A stretch of DNA of 64,000 bases, taken from positions 11,022 to 75,021 of the forward strand of contig JAFTKK010000040.1 in assembly GCA_017453325.1 (NCBI GenBank), read 5' to 3'. Position numbers and translations under genes: made by a program. This document shows positions 28,710-38,732 of the stretch, in pieces; within the stretch, counting starts at the first letter, position 1; every line of letters begins with the position of its first letter. Under the pieces are notes generated by a model. The model did no database searches, was not told the DNA's origin, and worked only from the letters and a program-made list of their open reading frames with translations. The stretch is from Clostridia bacterium. GTDB lineage: Bacteria; Bacillota; Clostridia; Oscillospirales; CAG-272.

Positions 28710-29660
28710 ATGAGAGAATTTTTAACCGAAGAAAATTTTAAAACCGAAATGGCAACGGCCGTGCTGCCCTACCTTTTTGCGCGCCGTGCCGAAAAAACCG
28801 TTTCTGCGCCCGACGGCAGCGCGCTCTTTACCTGCCATTACGCAGCAGACGGGGCGCGCGGCACGGTGGTGCTGGTGCACGGCTTTTCGGAAAATGCAGA
28901 GAAATACCACGAGTTTATCTATTACCTGCTGCAAGAGCACCTCTCGGTGCTGATCTTTGATCAGCGGGGTCACGGACGCTCGGCGCGCGCGGCACCTGTC
29001 GGTGTGGTGCACGTGAGCCGTTTTTCCGATTACGTGGCCGACCTTGAGGCGATTCTGGCGGCATATGACGGCGAGCTTGTGACGCCCCTTTATCTGTTTG
29101 CCCACTCGATGGGCGGCGCCGTAGCCACGCTTTTTCTCAAAAAGCACAGGGACGTGTTTAAAAAAGCGGTGCTTTCTGCCCCGATGGCCGATCTGCAATA
29201 TCGCGGCATCACACGCCTTGCCTGCCGCGCAGCCTGCCGCTTTTGCACGCTGACGGGACGCGCGAAAAGGGCGGTCTTTATTTCTAAAAAGGACTATGAG
29301 AACGAGCCCTTTGAGCGCTCCTCCGCGCTCTCGCGCGCACGCTTTACCTATCTGCGCGACCAGCGGCGCAGCGATCCGCTGCTCAGCGGAGGCGCACCGA
29401 GCTATGCCTGGAGTGCGGCGGCTTTGGGGGTGCGGGGCAGGATCCTTGGGCGCGGCGTGCCCGAGCAGCTGCACCTGCCCGTGCTGCTTCTTTCGGCCGA
29501 GCACGAATACCTGGTAAACAACGCGGCACAGGAGGCGCTTGTTGCGCGCTTACCGCAGGGCAGGCTGAGACGCGTTGCCGGCAGCAAGCACGAGATCCTG
29601 TTCACCAATGACGAGATTTTGCACCCCGTATTGGGGGAAATACTGGATTTTTTGCAATAA
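28710..29660 (+). CDS. Lysophospholipase L2-like alpha/beta hydrolase
   Basis: VHGFSE, DQRGHGRS, AHSMGG, SKHEIL; upstream TTGACA-17-TATACT. Confidence 0.85.
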   Translation: MREFLTEENFKTEMATAVLPYLFARRAEKTVSAPDGSALFTCHYAADGARGTVVLVHGFSENAEKYHEFIYYLLQEHLSVLIFDQRGHGRSARAAPVGVVHVSRFSDYVADLEAILAAYDGELVTPLYLFAHSMGGAVATLFLKKHRDVFKKAVLSAPMADLQYRGITRLACRAACRFCTLTGRAKRAVFISKKDYENEPFERSSALSRARFTYLRDQRRSDPLLSGGAPSYAWSAAALGVRGRILGRGVPEQLHLPVLLLSAEHEYLVNNAAQEALVARLPQGRLRRVAGSKHEILFTNDEILHPVLGEILDFLQ

Positions 29661-29728
29661 TTCCCTCCCCGACTGTGCCAAGATCAAAAAAGGAGCCAAA
29701 CGCGAAGCTGCGTTTGGCTCCTTTTTTC

Positions 29729-31897
29729 TTACTGTTTTACAAAATGCCACATAATGCCGTATTGCTCCTCTTTGTCGGTGCAGACGGTCAGGCCACGGCG
29801 CAGCTCCTCGCCCGTGTAGGTTTTACCCGAAAGACGGTCAAGATAGCTTGCGTTTTTCTCGGCACGGGTGAGCTTTAACCGAAAGCTGCGCGGCTTTTTC
29901 TCGCCCTCGTTTTGCAGGAAGCTGAGCAGCAGCTCGTTTTGATCCTTGCTCGCGTAGTAATAGGCGCTGACGCCGTTTGTTTCAAAGGGATTCAGCAGGC
30001 GATAAAGATCACCCTCGAAGATCAGCCTTTCATAGCCGCGGTACTCCTCTACCTGGCGACGCAGCGCGTCTTTCACCGTATCACTTGCCTGCATAATATT
30101 GAACTCATAACCGAGCGCGCCCTGCAAAGCAACGCGGAAACGGTAGTCAAGCCAGCGCGGATTTTTGCACTCGGCAAGCTTGGCCACGTGGCAGCTCATC
30201 ACAGAGGCGGGGTAGCCAAAGCTGCTGCCGTACTGGATATACACGCGGTTTTTCGGGCGCGTCTGGTCACTTGTCCAGATCTGTGTGCTGTACTTCATCA
30301 TGCCAAGATCGAAGCGACCGCCGCCACCGCTGCAATTTTCGATCATGGCATTGGGGTATCGCTGACAGAAGCACGTGAAAAGATCATACACACCAAGCAT
30401 ATAGCGGTACGCGGCCTCACCTTGCTGCTGCGGCGACAGGGCGGTAGAATAGGCATAATCAAAATTGCGGTTCATATCCCATTTGAAATAATCGATGGCG
30501 ACCCCGTCAAAGGTTTTGGCAAAGGCATCCTTCAAATAGTCCCGCACGGCAGGATTGCCCATATCCAGCACCAACTGCTTTCGTGAGAGCATAGGCTCGT
30601 AATCGGGGGCGGCAAGCACCCACTCGGGATGGGCGCGATAAAGTGCGCTGTCGGGATTGACCATTTCGGGCTCGATCCAGATACCGAATTTGATGCCCGT
30701 TTGACGGACCTCCTCGACAAAGGCGGCAAGCCCACTCGGAAACCTGGACTTGTTTTCAAACCAGTCACCAAGTCCTGCGGCGTCTGAGGTGCGCGCACCG
30801 AACCAACCGTCGTCCATCACGAGCATATCCATACCGCACGCGACGGCCTCCTTGGCAAAATCCACCATCAGCTTGGCATCAATATCAAAGTGAAAGGCCT
30901 CCCAGGAATTGAGCACCACGGGACGCTGCGGAAAGACATCCCGGGGCAGGATGTGGCTGCGCACGAAATCGTGCATATTGCGCGAGACCTGTCCCACGCC
31001 CTTGGCGCTATAGGTCATCACCGCCTCGGGAGACGAAAAGCGCTCACCCGCCTTTAAAAGATAAGTGAAGTTTTCTGCGCCAAGACCCACAAGTACGCGC
31101 GTAGTGCCGTTCAGCGAAAGCTCGACCTCGTCAAGGAAGTTGCCGCTATAGATAAAATTGAAGCCGTAAGCCTCGCCATGCTCCTCGGTGGCCTTTCTCT
31201 CACACAGCAACAGGCAGGGATTATAATGATGGCTGCTGGCACCGCGACGGCTTTGCACACGCTGATTGCCGTGCATAACGGGGGTACGCTGATAATTGCG
31301 CTCGCACTTATGGCCGCCCCAAAAGCTGATCATATCGAGATCGTCACGCGGGATATCGAGCGCGAGAGACATACATTTTTCAATGCTCACATCCCCCTCG
31401 CTCCTGTTTTCAAGCACAAAATGGCGGGAAATGACGTCGCTTTCGGGAAACACGGTATAATAAAGGTAAAGACGGCAACAGAGCACCTCGTCCTCAAGAC
31501 AGAGCTCAAGCGTTTGGGTATTTTCATCGGCAGAGGCAAACGGAAGTCCTTGGATCTCGCACCGTCCCGCCAGCTTGCGAGCCGAACGGTAGGTAAAGTG
31601 CGTGGCCGCCGCACCGCTCGCAAGTCGGCGCAGCTTAAGAGCTGTGGCGCGCATATCACCACTGCCGAAAAGCGGAAACTCCACACTGGTGACATCGGGC
31701 AAAAAATCATACCCGTGTGCCGCGTAATAAGGGGCAAAGGAAAGGGCTTGGGTATGGGAAGAAAGCACGGGAGACTTGACCCGCTTTCCGTAATACAGAT
31801 GCACGGGGTATTTCCCCTCATGGAGCCCCAGTACATACACGGTGTTTTTGGTTCTGAGATAAAAATATCCGTTTTTGCGATCCATTGAAATTGCCAT
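29729..31897 (-). CDS. Alpha-galactosidase (GH36)
   Basis: NSWEA, VMDDGWFG, GIWIEPEM, YFKWDMN, NCSGGGGRFD, WTSD. Confidence 0.92.
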   Translation of the reverse strand: MAISMDRKNGYFYLRTKNTVYVLGLHEGKYPVHLYYGKRVKSPVLSSHTQALSFAPYYAAHGYDFLPDVTSVEFPLFGSGDMRATALKLRRLASGAAATHFTYRSARKLAGRCEIQGLPFASADENTQTLELCLEDEVLCCRLYLYYTVFPESDVISRHFVLENRSEGDVSIEKCMSLALDIPRDDLDMISFWGGHKCERNYQRTPVMHGNQRVQSRRGASSHHYNPCLLLCERKATEEHGEAYGFNFIYSGNFLDEVELSLNGTTRVLVGLGAENFTYLLKAGERFSSPEAVMTYSAKGVGQVSRNMHDFVRSHILPRDVFPQRPVVLNSWEAFHFDIDAKLMVDFAKEAVACGMDMLVMDDGWFGARTSDAAGLGDWFENKSRFPSGLAAFVEEVRQTGIKFGIWIEPEMVNPDSALYRAHPEWVLAAPDYEPMLSRKQLVLDMGNPAVRDYLKDAFAKTFDGVAIDYFKWDMNRNFDYAYSTALSPQQQGEAAYRYMLGVYDLFTCFCQRYPNAMIENCSGGGGRFDLGMMKYSTQIWTSDQTRPKNRVYIQYGSSFGYPASVMSCHVAKLAECKNPRWLDYRFRVALQGALGYEFNIMQASDTVKDALRRQVEEYRGYERLIFEGDLYRLLNPFETNGVSAYYYASKDQNELLLSFLQNEGEKKPRSFRLKLTRAEKNASYLDRLSGKTYTGEELRRGLTVCTDKEEQYGIMWHFVKQ

Positions 31898-32079
31898 ATG
31901 ATCCCCCTTCCGACCTGGCCGATGCCTCGGCCGCGACGATGATCTCTTGATCCCATTATAGTGGCGAAAACGGCGACTTGTCAAGTGCGATATTGCGTTT
32001 TTCAATAACAATATTGAGGAAAATTAAAAAAGGCCTGCCGCAAATGCGGCAGGCCTTTTTTAATTGCTGCTTTTGGTGC

Positions 32080-33018
32080 TTATTGGTAAGTGATCTGGTC
32101 GATGACGTTGCGCAGGCACTTAGCGCTATGCTGCAGCTTTTCCTCTTCCTCTTTCGTGAGCTTTGCGGGGATCTTGCCCTTAATGCCGTTCTCGTCTACG
32201 ATGGAGAGAACCGAAAGGCAAACGTCGTCAACGCCGTACTCGCCGTGCATCATGGTAGAAACGGCAAGCGCGGTCTCGATGCCGCTGAAGATGATCTTGC
32301 AGATATCCACAGCCGCGCAGGCTACTGCATAGAAGGTAGCGCCCTTACGCTTGATGATCTCGCCGCCGGACTTGCGAACGTACTCCTCAACGGCTGCGTG
32401 GTCAATGGGATTGCCGGGATTGAGGTACTCCTGATACTCGTCCACATTGGTGGTGCAGATCGAAGCCTGAGACCACGGAACAAAGGAGCTGTCACCGTGC
32501 TCGCCGAACACATAAGCGTGTACGTTCTGCTGGCTGATCTGGAAGTTGTTGGAGAGCCAGTAGCGCAGGCGGGCGGTATCAAGGGTGTTGCCGGAGCCGA
32601 TGATGCGATTTTCGGGGATGTTGGTAACCTTATGGAATACATAAGTCATAACGTCAACGGGGTTGCTGACGATCACGTATACGGCGTCGGGCGCGTACTT
32701 GGTGATCTGGGGAGCAATGCTGCAGAGAATGTTGATGTTGGTCTGTGCAAGGTCAAGACGGGTCATGCCGGGCTTGCGTGCCATACCGGAGGTAATGACA
32801 ACGATGTCGGAATCAGCCGCATCTGCATAGTCACCGGAGGTGATCTTCACGTCCTCACGGAAGAACAGACCGCCCTGTGCGATGTCGATTGCCTCGCCCT
32901 CGGCCTTCTCCGTTTTGATGTCGATGATCACGATCTCGTTGGCTACACCCTCCACTGCCAGAGTGTACGCGATGGTAGCGCCAACATTACCTGCACCGAT
33001 AATTGTTACTTTTCTCAT
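32080..33018 (-). CDS. ldh: L-lactate dehydrogenase
   Basis: IIGAGNVG, RKPGMTRLDL, VSNPVD, LDTARLR, GEHGDS, KGATFY. Confidence 0.9.
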   Translation of the reverse strand: MRKVTIIGAGNVGATIAYTLAVEGVANEIVIIDIKTEKAEGEAIDIAQGGLFFREDVKITSGDYADAADSDIVVITSGMARKPGMTRLDLAQTNINILCSIAPQITKYAPDAVYVIVSNPVDVMTYVFHKVTNIPENRIIGSGNTLDTARLRYWLSNNFQISQQNVHAYVFGEHGDSSFVPWSQASICTTNVDEYQEYLNPGNPIDHAAVEEYVRKSGGEIIKRKGATFYAVACAAVDICKIIFSGIETALAVSTMMHGEYGVDDVCLSVLSIVDENGIKGKIPAKLTKEEEEKLQHSAKCLRNVIDQITYQ

Positions 33019-33049
33019 GTTCCTTTTTCCTTTCGTGGTCTGTTTTCTA

Positions 33050-34126
33050 TTACTTACTGGTTTCGGCAACCATTTTGTAAACGGTGGACATTTCTTCGGC
33101 ACGCTGTGCGGCAAGTGCCTTCATATCTGCGATCTCCTGTGCACTGAAGGCATCAAGATCGCCGGGCTTCAGCTTGTTTTTGTACATACGGTCTGCAATC
33201 AGCGCATAATTGATATCGAGCTCGGTGATCTTGCCGTCGATCTCGCAAATCACGATGTTGCTCTTGCCCTGCATCAGCAGCTCAACCGCACGCACACCCA
33301 TTTCGGTGGCGGTAAAGCGGTCACGCAATGTGGGACTGCCGCCGCGCACCACGTGTGCCAGGCGCGCAAACTTGGTTTCCACACCGGTTTCGGCATCGAT
33401 CTTTTTGGCGAGAACCTCACCGTATTTCTGACCGTTCTCGGTCAGCACGCCTTCGCTGACGATGACAAGGAAGCTACGCTTGCCCGCGCTGACCAGCGTG
33501 TTCATGCGGGTAAGAAACTCCTTCTCGTCAAAGGGGACCTCGGGAATAACCGCGGCAACGGCACCGGAGGCCAACGCCGTGAAGAGGGCGATCTGACCGC
33601 AGTCGCGACCCATGACCTCGACCACGTTGCAGCGCTTGTGAGATTCACACGTGTCACGCAGGCAGTCGATCATGTGCATGGTGGTGTTCATGGCCGAATC
33701 AAAGCCGATGGTATAGTCGGTTGCGGTGATATCGTTATCAATCGTACAGGGAATGCCGATGGTGGGAATACCGCGGTTGGTGAGATCCGTAGCGCCGCGG
33801 AAGGTACCGTCACCGCCGAGTGCCACGATCGCATCGATCTGATGGCGGCGGCAGGTATCAATTGCCTTTTGCATACCCTCTTCGCTTTTAAATTCGGGGC
33901 AACGGTCGGAATAAAGCACCGTACCGCCGCGCGAAATAATATTAGAGACCGTTCTCGGGGTGAACGGTATCACGTTATCCTTAATCAATCCGGAATAGCC
34001 GCCGAGGATGCCCACGACCTCAACGCCCTCGTCAAGAGCCTTACGTGCCACGGCGCGGATTGCGGCATTCATGCCGGGAGCGTCACCGCCCGAGGTCAAG
34101 ATACCGATCTTACGAAATTTTGCCAT
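33050..34126 (-). CDS. pfkA: ATP-dependent 6-phosphofructokinase
   Basis: TSGGDAPGMNAAIR, GGDGT, TIDND, EVMGRDCG, IPE, RGGSPT. Confidence 0.93.
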   Translation of the reverse strand: MAKFRKIGILTSGGDAPGMNAAIRAVARKALDEGVEVVGILGGYSGLIKDNVIPFTPRTVSNIISRGGTVLYSDRCPEFKSEEGMQKAIDTCRRHQIDAIVALGGDGTFRGATDLTNRGIPTIGIPCTIDNDITATDYTIGFDSAMNTTMHMIDCLRDTCESHKRCNVVEVMGRDCGQIALFTALASGAVAAVIPEVPFDEKEFLTRMNTLVSAGKRSFLVIVSEGVLTENGQKYGEVLAKKIDAETGVETKFARLAHVVRGGSPTLRDRFTATEMGVRAVELLMQGKSNIVICEIDGKITELDINYALIADRMYKNKLKPGDLDAFSAQEIADMKALAAQRAEEMSTVYKMVAETSK

Positions 34127-34175
34127 ATGTGTTCCTTTCTCGGATCTGCATTTTTGCAATCCAATCTCAGCTTAT

Positions 34176-34229
34176 ATTTTAATATATTATGTCACACTTG
34201 TCAAGCGTTGATTGATAAATTCTTCACAA
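34176..34229 (-). promoter_or_regulatory. pfkA-ldh sigma-A promoter with upstream candidate Rex box
   Basis: Minus strand TTGACA (34199-34204)-17-TAAAAT (34176-34181); TTGATAA-attc-TTCACAA at 34212-34229 resembles Rex TTGTGAA-N4-TTCACAA. Confidence 0.55.
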
Positions 34230-35501
34230 ATTTTTGGGGTTTTTGCGCAAAAACGCCAGCGCTTCGGAAATTGCGCGCACCGATGAGACCTCCCGAATAT
34301 AGGAACGGTCACGAAAGGCGCCGAGTGTGAAGCGGTGGCAAACGGTTTCGTGCCGATCGGCAATGGCCACAAAAACCGTACCGACAGGGCTCTCCTCGGT
34401 GCCGCCGCCGGGGCCCGCATAGCCCGTGGTGGCGATGGCAACATCCGCATCAAAGGCGACAAGTGCACCGCGTGCCATAGCCTCTGCCACGGGTGCGCTG
34501 ACGACGGTGTTCGCCTCAATGAGCGCGGGGTCCACACCCAAAATGCGTGTTTTTTCGCGCGTTTGATAGGTGACGGCACCGCCCGCCACAACAGACGAGC
34601 ACCCCGCCACGTCGGTCAGCTTTTTGGCGATGAGACCGCCCGTGCAGGATTCGGCCGTGGCGACCGACAGACCTCTTGCGGCGAGCTCGGCCACAAGCGC
34701 GTGCTCGGGTGCGGGCACATTGATGCCATACACATAGGCACCGATCGGCAAAGACATGAGACGCGCGACCATCCGATCGCAAAGGGCGGTGGCGTGCGCC
34801 TCGTCTGCGTCCCTTGCCGTGACGCGCAGCCTGACCTCACCCGTGGCACAATAGGGGGCCACGGTGGGATTTTTACTGTCGCGGAGCTCCTGTGGCAGGG
34901 CTGCCTCCACAGCGGATTCGCCCATACCGACGATATGCAGATTGCGGCTGACCAAAATGGCAGCGCAGCGCTTTTTTAGATACGGCTCTACCTGCTCGCG
35001 AAACAGCGGCTCAAGCTCGCGGGGCGGGCCCGGCAGCATGACCACGACCTTGCCCTCCTCGTTTTCAAGCGCTAAGGCGGGGGCGGTGCCGTAATCGTTT
35101 GGGAAAACCACCGCGCCCTGTGGCATCATGGCTTGTTTTTTATTATTTTCGGTCATGGTGCGCCCCGTAGAGGCAAAATATGACTCAATGCGCGCAAGCG
35201 AGGGGGTATGCATATACATTTCGCGACCAAAAACTCCTGCCACCGTTTCCTTGGTGAGATCGTCATACGTGGGGCCGAGGCCGCCCGACATGATCACAAG
35301 ATCGCTGCGCGAGAGCGCAGCCGTCACATCCTCACGAAGGCGTGCGGGGTTATCCCCCACCACGGCTTGACGGTAAACGCCGATGCCGAGAGTGGCAAGG
35401 CGACGGGAAAGATAGGCCGCATTGGTATTCACGATATCGCCGATCAGAAGCTCGGTGCCGACGCAAAGGATCTCGGCACGCTCAAAGCAATTGTTATCCA
35501 T
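34224..35501 (-). CDS. cinA: Competence/damage-inducible protein CinA (NMN deamidase)
   Basis: VGTELLIGDIVNTNA, GGLGPT.DDLT, LPGPPRE, AESCTGG, TTGYAGP. Confidence 0.93.
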   Translation of the reverse strand: MDNNCFERAEILCVGTELLIGDIVNTNAAYLSRRLATLGIGVYRQAVVGDNPARLREDVTAALSRSDLVIMSGGLGPTYDDLTKETVAGVFGREMYMHTPSLARIESYFASTGRTMTENNKKQAMMPQGAVVFPNDYGTAPALALENEEGKVVVMLPGPPRELEPLFREQVEPYLKKRCAAILVSRNLHIVGMGESAVEAALPQELRDSKNPTVAPYCATGEVRLRVTARDADEAHATALCDRMVARLMSLPIGAYVYGINVPAPEHALVAELAARGLSVATAESCTGGLIAKKLTDVAGCSSVVAGGAVTYQTREKTRILGVDPALIEANTVVSAPVAEAMARGALVAFDADVAIATTGYAGPGGGTEESPVGTVFVAIADRHETVCHRFTLGAFRDRSYIREVSSVRAISEALAFLRKNPKNL

Positions 35502-35628
35502 AATACACCTCATTTCAAAATGCTGTTATTATTGTAGCATAGATTTTGCCTTTTGGCGCACCGTAACGCGAAAAACTTGAAATTTTTTCACGGGTGTGGT
35601 AGAATAAGGGCAGAAAGGGGGCGAAAAA

Positions 35629-36507
35629 ATGGCTGCTTGTATGCTTTGCCCGCGTCGGTGCGGCGCGGATCGCACAGCGCGGGAGACGGGCGCGTGCCAC
35701 ACGGGTGGCGATATTTTGATCGCGCGGGCTGCCCCGCATCACTTTGAGGAGCCCCCTATCAGCGGCACGCGCGGCTCGGGCACGGTGTTTTTTGCGGGCT
35801 GCTCGCTCGGTTGCATTTTTTGCCAGAACGCGTCCATCAGCCGCCACGCGGCGGGAAAGATCTATGACGAGGAGGAGCTGGCCGAGCTGCTTTTAGGGCT
35901 GGCCAAAAGCGGCGTACATAATCTAAATCTCGTGACCGCCACGCATTATACCGACCGCGTGGCGCGGGTCCTTGAAAAGATCAAGCCGCAGCTGCAGATC
36001 CCCGTGGTGTGGAACAGCAGCGGCTATGAATCCCCCGAAACGCTACGGCTTTTAGAGGGTTTGGTGGATATTTATCTCCCCGATTTCAAATACGTTGACC
36101 CTGCACTTTCCAAAGCCTATTCGGGAGCGTCCGATTACGCAGACATCGCCATTACAGCCCTTTGGGAGATGCACAGACAGGTGGGCGCCGTGCGCTTTGA
36201 TGAAAACGGGCTCCTTGTGCGCGGTGTCGTGGTACGGCATTTGGTGCTGCCCGGCTGCCGCGCCGATTCCGCAGCCGTGCTTGACACCGTGGCGGCTACT
36301 GTGCCCGCAGCTGACATACGCCTATCCCTGATGCGGCAGTACACCCCCGATTTTGCACCCCGTACCGCCCCTAAAAATTTATTGCGCCGCACAACCACCT
36401 TTGAATACGAGCAGGTGCTGAAGCACGCATTGGCCCTTGGATTTGAGGGCTTTACACAGGGAAAGGAAGCCGCAACGGCAGCCTTTACGCCCGATTTTGA
36501 CGTATAA
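35629..36507 (+). CDS. PflX-like radical SAM protein
   Basis: CMLCPRRC, HHFEEPPISG..GSGTVFF.GCSLGCIFCQN, YLPDFKY, RHLVLPG. Confidence 0.88.
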   Translation: MAACMLCPRRCGADRTARETGACHTGGDILIARAAPHHFEEPPISGTRGSGTVFFAGCSLGCIFCQNASISRHAAGKIYDEEELAELLLGLAKSGVHNLNLVTATHYTDRVARVLEKIKPQLQIPVVWNSSGYESPETLRLLEGLVDIYLPDFKYVDPALSKAYSGASDYADIAITALWEMHRQVGAVRFDENGLLVRGVVVRHLVLPGCRADSAAVLDTVAATVPAADIRLSLMRQYTPDFAPRTAPKNLLRRTTTFEYEQVLKHALALGFEGFTQGKEAATAAFTPDFDV

Positions 36508-36530
36508 TGCCGCGCACGCCGTGCATACTA
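36502..36530 (+). promoter_or_regulatory. Sigma-G-like forespore promoter
   Basis: GTATA-17 bp-CATACTA just upstream of RBS gaggtg and ATG 36551. Confidence 0.5.
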
Positions 36531-36550
36531 AGCAAAAACGAGGTGATAGC

Positions 36551-36718
36551 ATGGCAGACAAGAAACAAAAGCCCGCAAACGGGATGGAAAACAGCGGGAT
36601 TGGCGTGGCGATGCTCGGCAATTTCAAGCCCGCTGAAAAGGACCGCGCGACGCGCGAAATTGCGCTGGCGGATTTTGAGCCAACCAACAAGCGACAAACA
36701 AACGAAGATCAAAATTAA
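36551..36718 (+). CDS. Small hypothetical protein (55 aa), possible spore protein
   Basis: RBS gaggtg, own promoter-like motif, terminator hairpin at 36717-36761; MADKKQKPANGMENSGIGVAMLGNFKP... Confidence 0.6.
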   Translation: MADKKQKPANGMENSGIGVAMLGNFKPAEKDRATREIALADFEPTNKRQTNEDQN

Positions 36719-36769
36719 AAAGCCACCCGGGGCGCCGCAACGCGGCGCCGCGGGTGGCTTTTGCAGGCC

Positions 36770-37648
36770 TCAGATAAGAGCTGCGGCCTTTTTTTCTTGC
36801 ACAAAATCGCAAAGAAACGTGAAAAATTCCGACACCTCGTGCTTGGCGCCGCCCGTTTCCCGCTTTTGCAAAAGCAGATTGCGGCGGCAATCCACATCGG
36901 TAATCGCGAGCAGGCGCACGTCGGGATCGCTGCAGCGCCCCCAGGAAAACTCGGGCCAGAAGCCAACACCCGCGTGTGCCGCGATCAGCTTTTTCACGGA
37001 GGCGGGATTGTCGCTCTCAAAGCCGACCTGCGGTGCAAAGCCCGCCTGCAAGCAAAAGCGATCGCAAATACCGCGGAACTGGCGAGAACCGCCGAGACTG
37101 ATAAAATTTTCCTCTGCCACGTCAGCGAGGGCAATCTCACTCCTGTTGCCGTAGCGTCCACCGTCCGACACGGCAAGAAAAATGTGTTCCTCCAGCATCA
37201 TACCGCCCGCCGTGTGATCGGGATCGTATACGGGCGCGTTGGAAACGACAATATCGCAATCGGTCGCCTCCGCACTTTGCAAAAGCTTAAAATGCGTGGC
37301 GGGGTGGTTTTGCTGATAGGCGACGATCGCGTCCGTGACCAAAGAGGTGGCAGCCAGCACGTTTAAGCGAATGGTTGTTCTCTCCCCCTTGGCAAGCTCC
37401 TGCAGCTCGGCAGGCAAGTCCGCAAGCACCGACAGCGGCGCGCGCAATCTTTCCAGCAAATAAGCACCGTAGACTGTAAGGGTGAGCTGGCGACGCTCAC
37501 GCTTGAACAGCAGCACGCCGAGCTCACGCTCAAGACGGCTGATGGCCTGCGAGAGTGCGGGCTGCGCCACGTGCAGACGCTCTGCGGTGCGGGTCATATG
37601 CAGGCTCTCGGCAACGGCGACAAAATACTGTAATTGTGTGAGTTCCAT
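36770..37648 (-). CDS. LysR family transcriptional regulator
   Basis: MELTQLQYFVAVAE..HMTRTAERLHVAQPALSQAISRLERELGV.LF.R; palindrome ATTAT-N7-ATAAT (T-N11-A) at 37663-37679. Confidence 0.92.
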   Translation of the reverse strand: MELTQLQYFVAVAESLHMTRTAERLHVAQPALSQAISRLERELGVLLFKRERRQLTLTVYGAYLLERLRAPLSVLADLPAELQELAKGERTTIRLNVLAATSLVTDAIVAYQQNHPATHFKLLQSAEATDCDIVVSNAPVYDPDHTAGGMMLEEHIFLAVSDGGRYGNRSEIALADVAEENFISLGGSRQFRGICDRFCLQAGFAPQVGFESDNPASVKKLIAAHAGVGFWPEFSWGRCSDPDVRLLAITDVDCRRNLLLQKRETGGAKHEVSEFFTFLCDFVQEKKAAALI

Positions 37649-37753
37649 AGATATAACCTCCAATTATCGTTTCTATAATCATTATATATTTGACATTATG
37701 ATTTGTCAAGGTTATACTGAAAATAAAGAAATAATTTTTTCGGAGGCGCACGA

Positions 37754-38068
37754 ATGAGCGAATTTTTAGAAACCGTGATGCTGATCTGCTTCGGTCTTTC
37801 CTGGCCGGTGACCCTGCTGAAAAAGCTGCGTGCCAAAAACGCCAGCTCGACCAGTCTTGCTTTTATGATTTTGATCTTGGTGGGCTACGCGGCGGGCATT
37901 ACCGCCAAGGTGATGACAACGGGCTGCAATTATGTATTTTACGTTTATATTTTTAACGTGCTGATGGTACTTGCCAATTTACTAACCACGCTCTACTTCC
38001 GCGCCAAGGCCGGACATGCGAAACGGAATGCACGCGGCAATGCACCGAATGCGCTATATGCCAAATAA
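37754..38068 (+). CDS. Small 3-TM membrane protein, PQ-loop/SemiSWEET-like
   Basis: MLICFGLSWP...K..S..F...I.VGY..GI..K; three hydrophobic segments; divergent from lysR. Confidence 0.65.
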   Translation: MSEFLETVMLICFGLSWPVTLLKKLRAKNASSTSLAFMILILVGYAAGITAKVMTTGCNYVFYVYIFNVLMVLANLLTTLYFRAKAGHAKRNARGNAPNALYAK

Positions 38069-38195
38069 CAAAAAGCGCACCGCGCCCCAAACGGGGAGGC
38101 GGTGCGCTTTTTTGCTTTTCTAATTTTTATTTTTATATTTTCCAGTTTTGAATGCTTGCTTTTCCAAATCTCGAAAAATATCTTTTTGTTTTTTC

Positions 38196-38708
38196 TTATT
38201 CCTGCACAATTTCCATGGTTTCGATGACAACGGGCTCCACAGGCACATCCTGCATGTACCAACCGTAATTGCCGGTTTCAACGCCCGCGATCTTGTCAAT
38301 AACATCGTCGCCCTCGATCACCTTACCGAAGCCCGCGTACTGTCCGTCAAGGTGCGGTGCGTTTGCATGCATCACGAAAAACTGAGAGGAAGCGGAGTTG
38401 GGATCGTTGGTGCGCGCCATGGAGAGCACGCCGCGCGTGTGCTTCAGGGTGTTGGTCTTGCAGCCGTTGGCGGCAAACTCACCCTTGATGGCAGCGGTCT
38501 CCTTATGTGCCATCTCCTCGGTATATCCGCCGCCCTGCAGCATGAAGCCTGCAATGACGCGATGGAAGATGAGGCCGTCGAAAAACTTCTTCTCGATCAG
38601 CGACAGGAAATTGGCCACCGTGAGAGGTGCCATTTCGGGGTAGAGCTCGGCGGTCATGGTGCCGAAATTTTTTACGTGAATTTTGATCGTGGGATGGTTC
38701 ATCATCAT
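38196..38708 (-). CDS. Cyclophilin-type peptidyl-prolyl cis-trans isomerase
   Basis: AP.TVANF, FHRVIAGFMLQGG, HTRGVLSMAR, SQFF, HLDGQY. Confidence 0.93.
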   Translation of the reverse strand: MMMNHPTIKIHVKNFGTMTAELYPEMAPLTVANFLSLIEKKFFDGLIFHRVIAGFMLQGGGYTEEMAHKETAAIKGEFAANGCKTNTLKHTRGVLSMARTNDPNSASSQFFVMHANAPHLDGQYAGFGKVIEGDDVIDKIAGVETGNYGWYMQDVPVEPVVIETMEIVQE

Positions 38709-38732
38709 TCTCCTTATTTTTTGATCTTTTTG

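Noticed and set aside
38113-38195. AT-rich spacer with a short open frame on the minus strand
   Set aside because: No start or RBS and too short to assign; possibly a gene remnant but unsupported.
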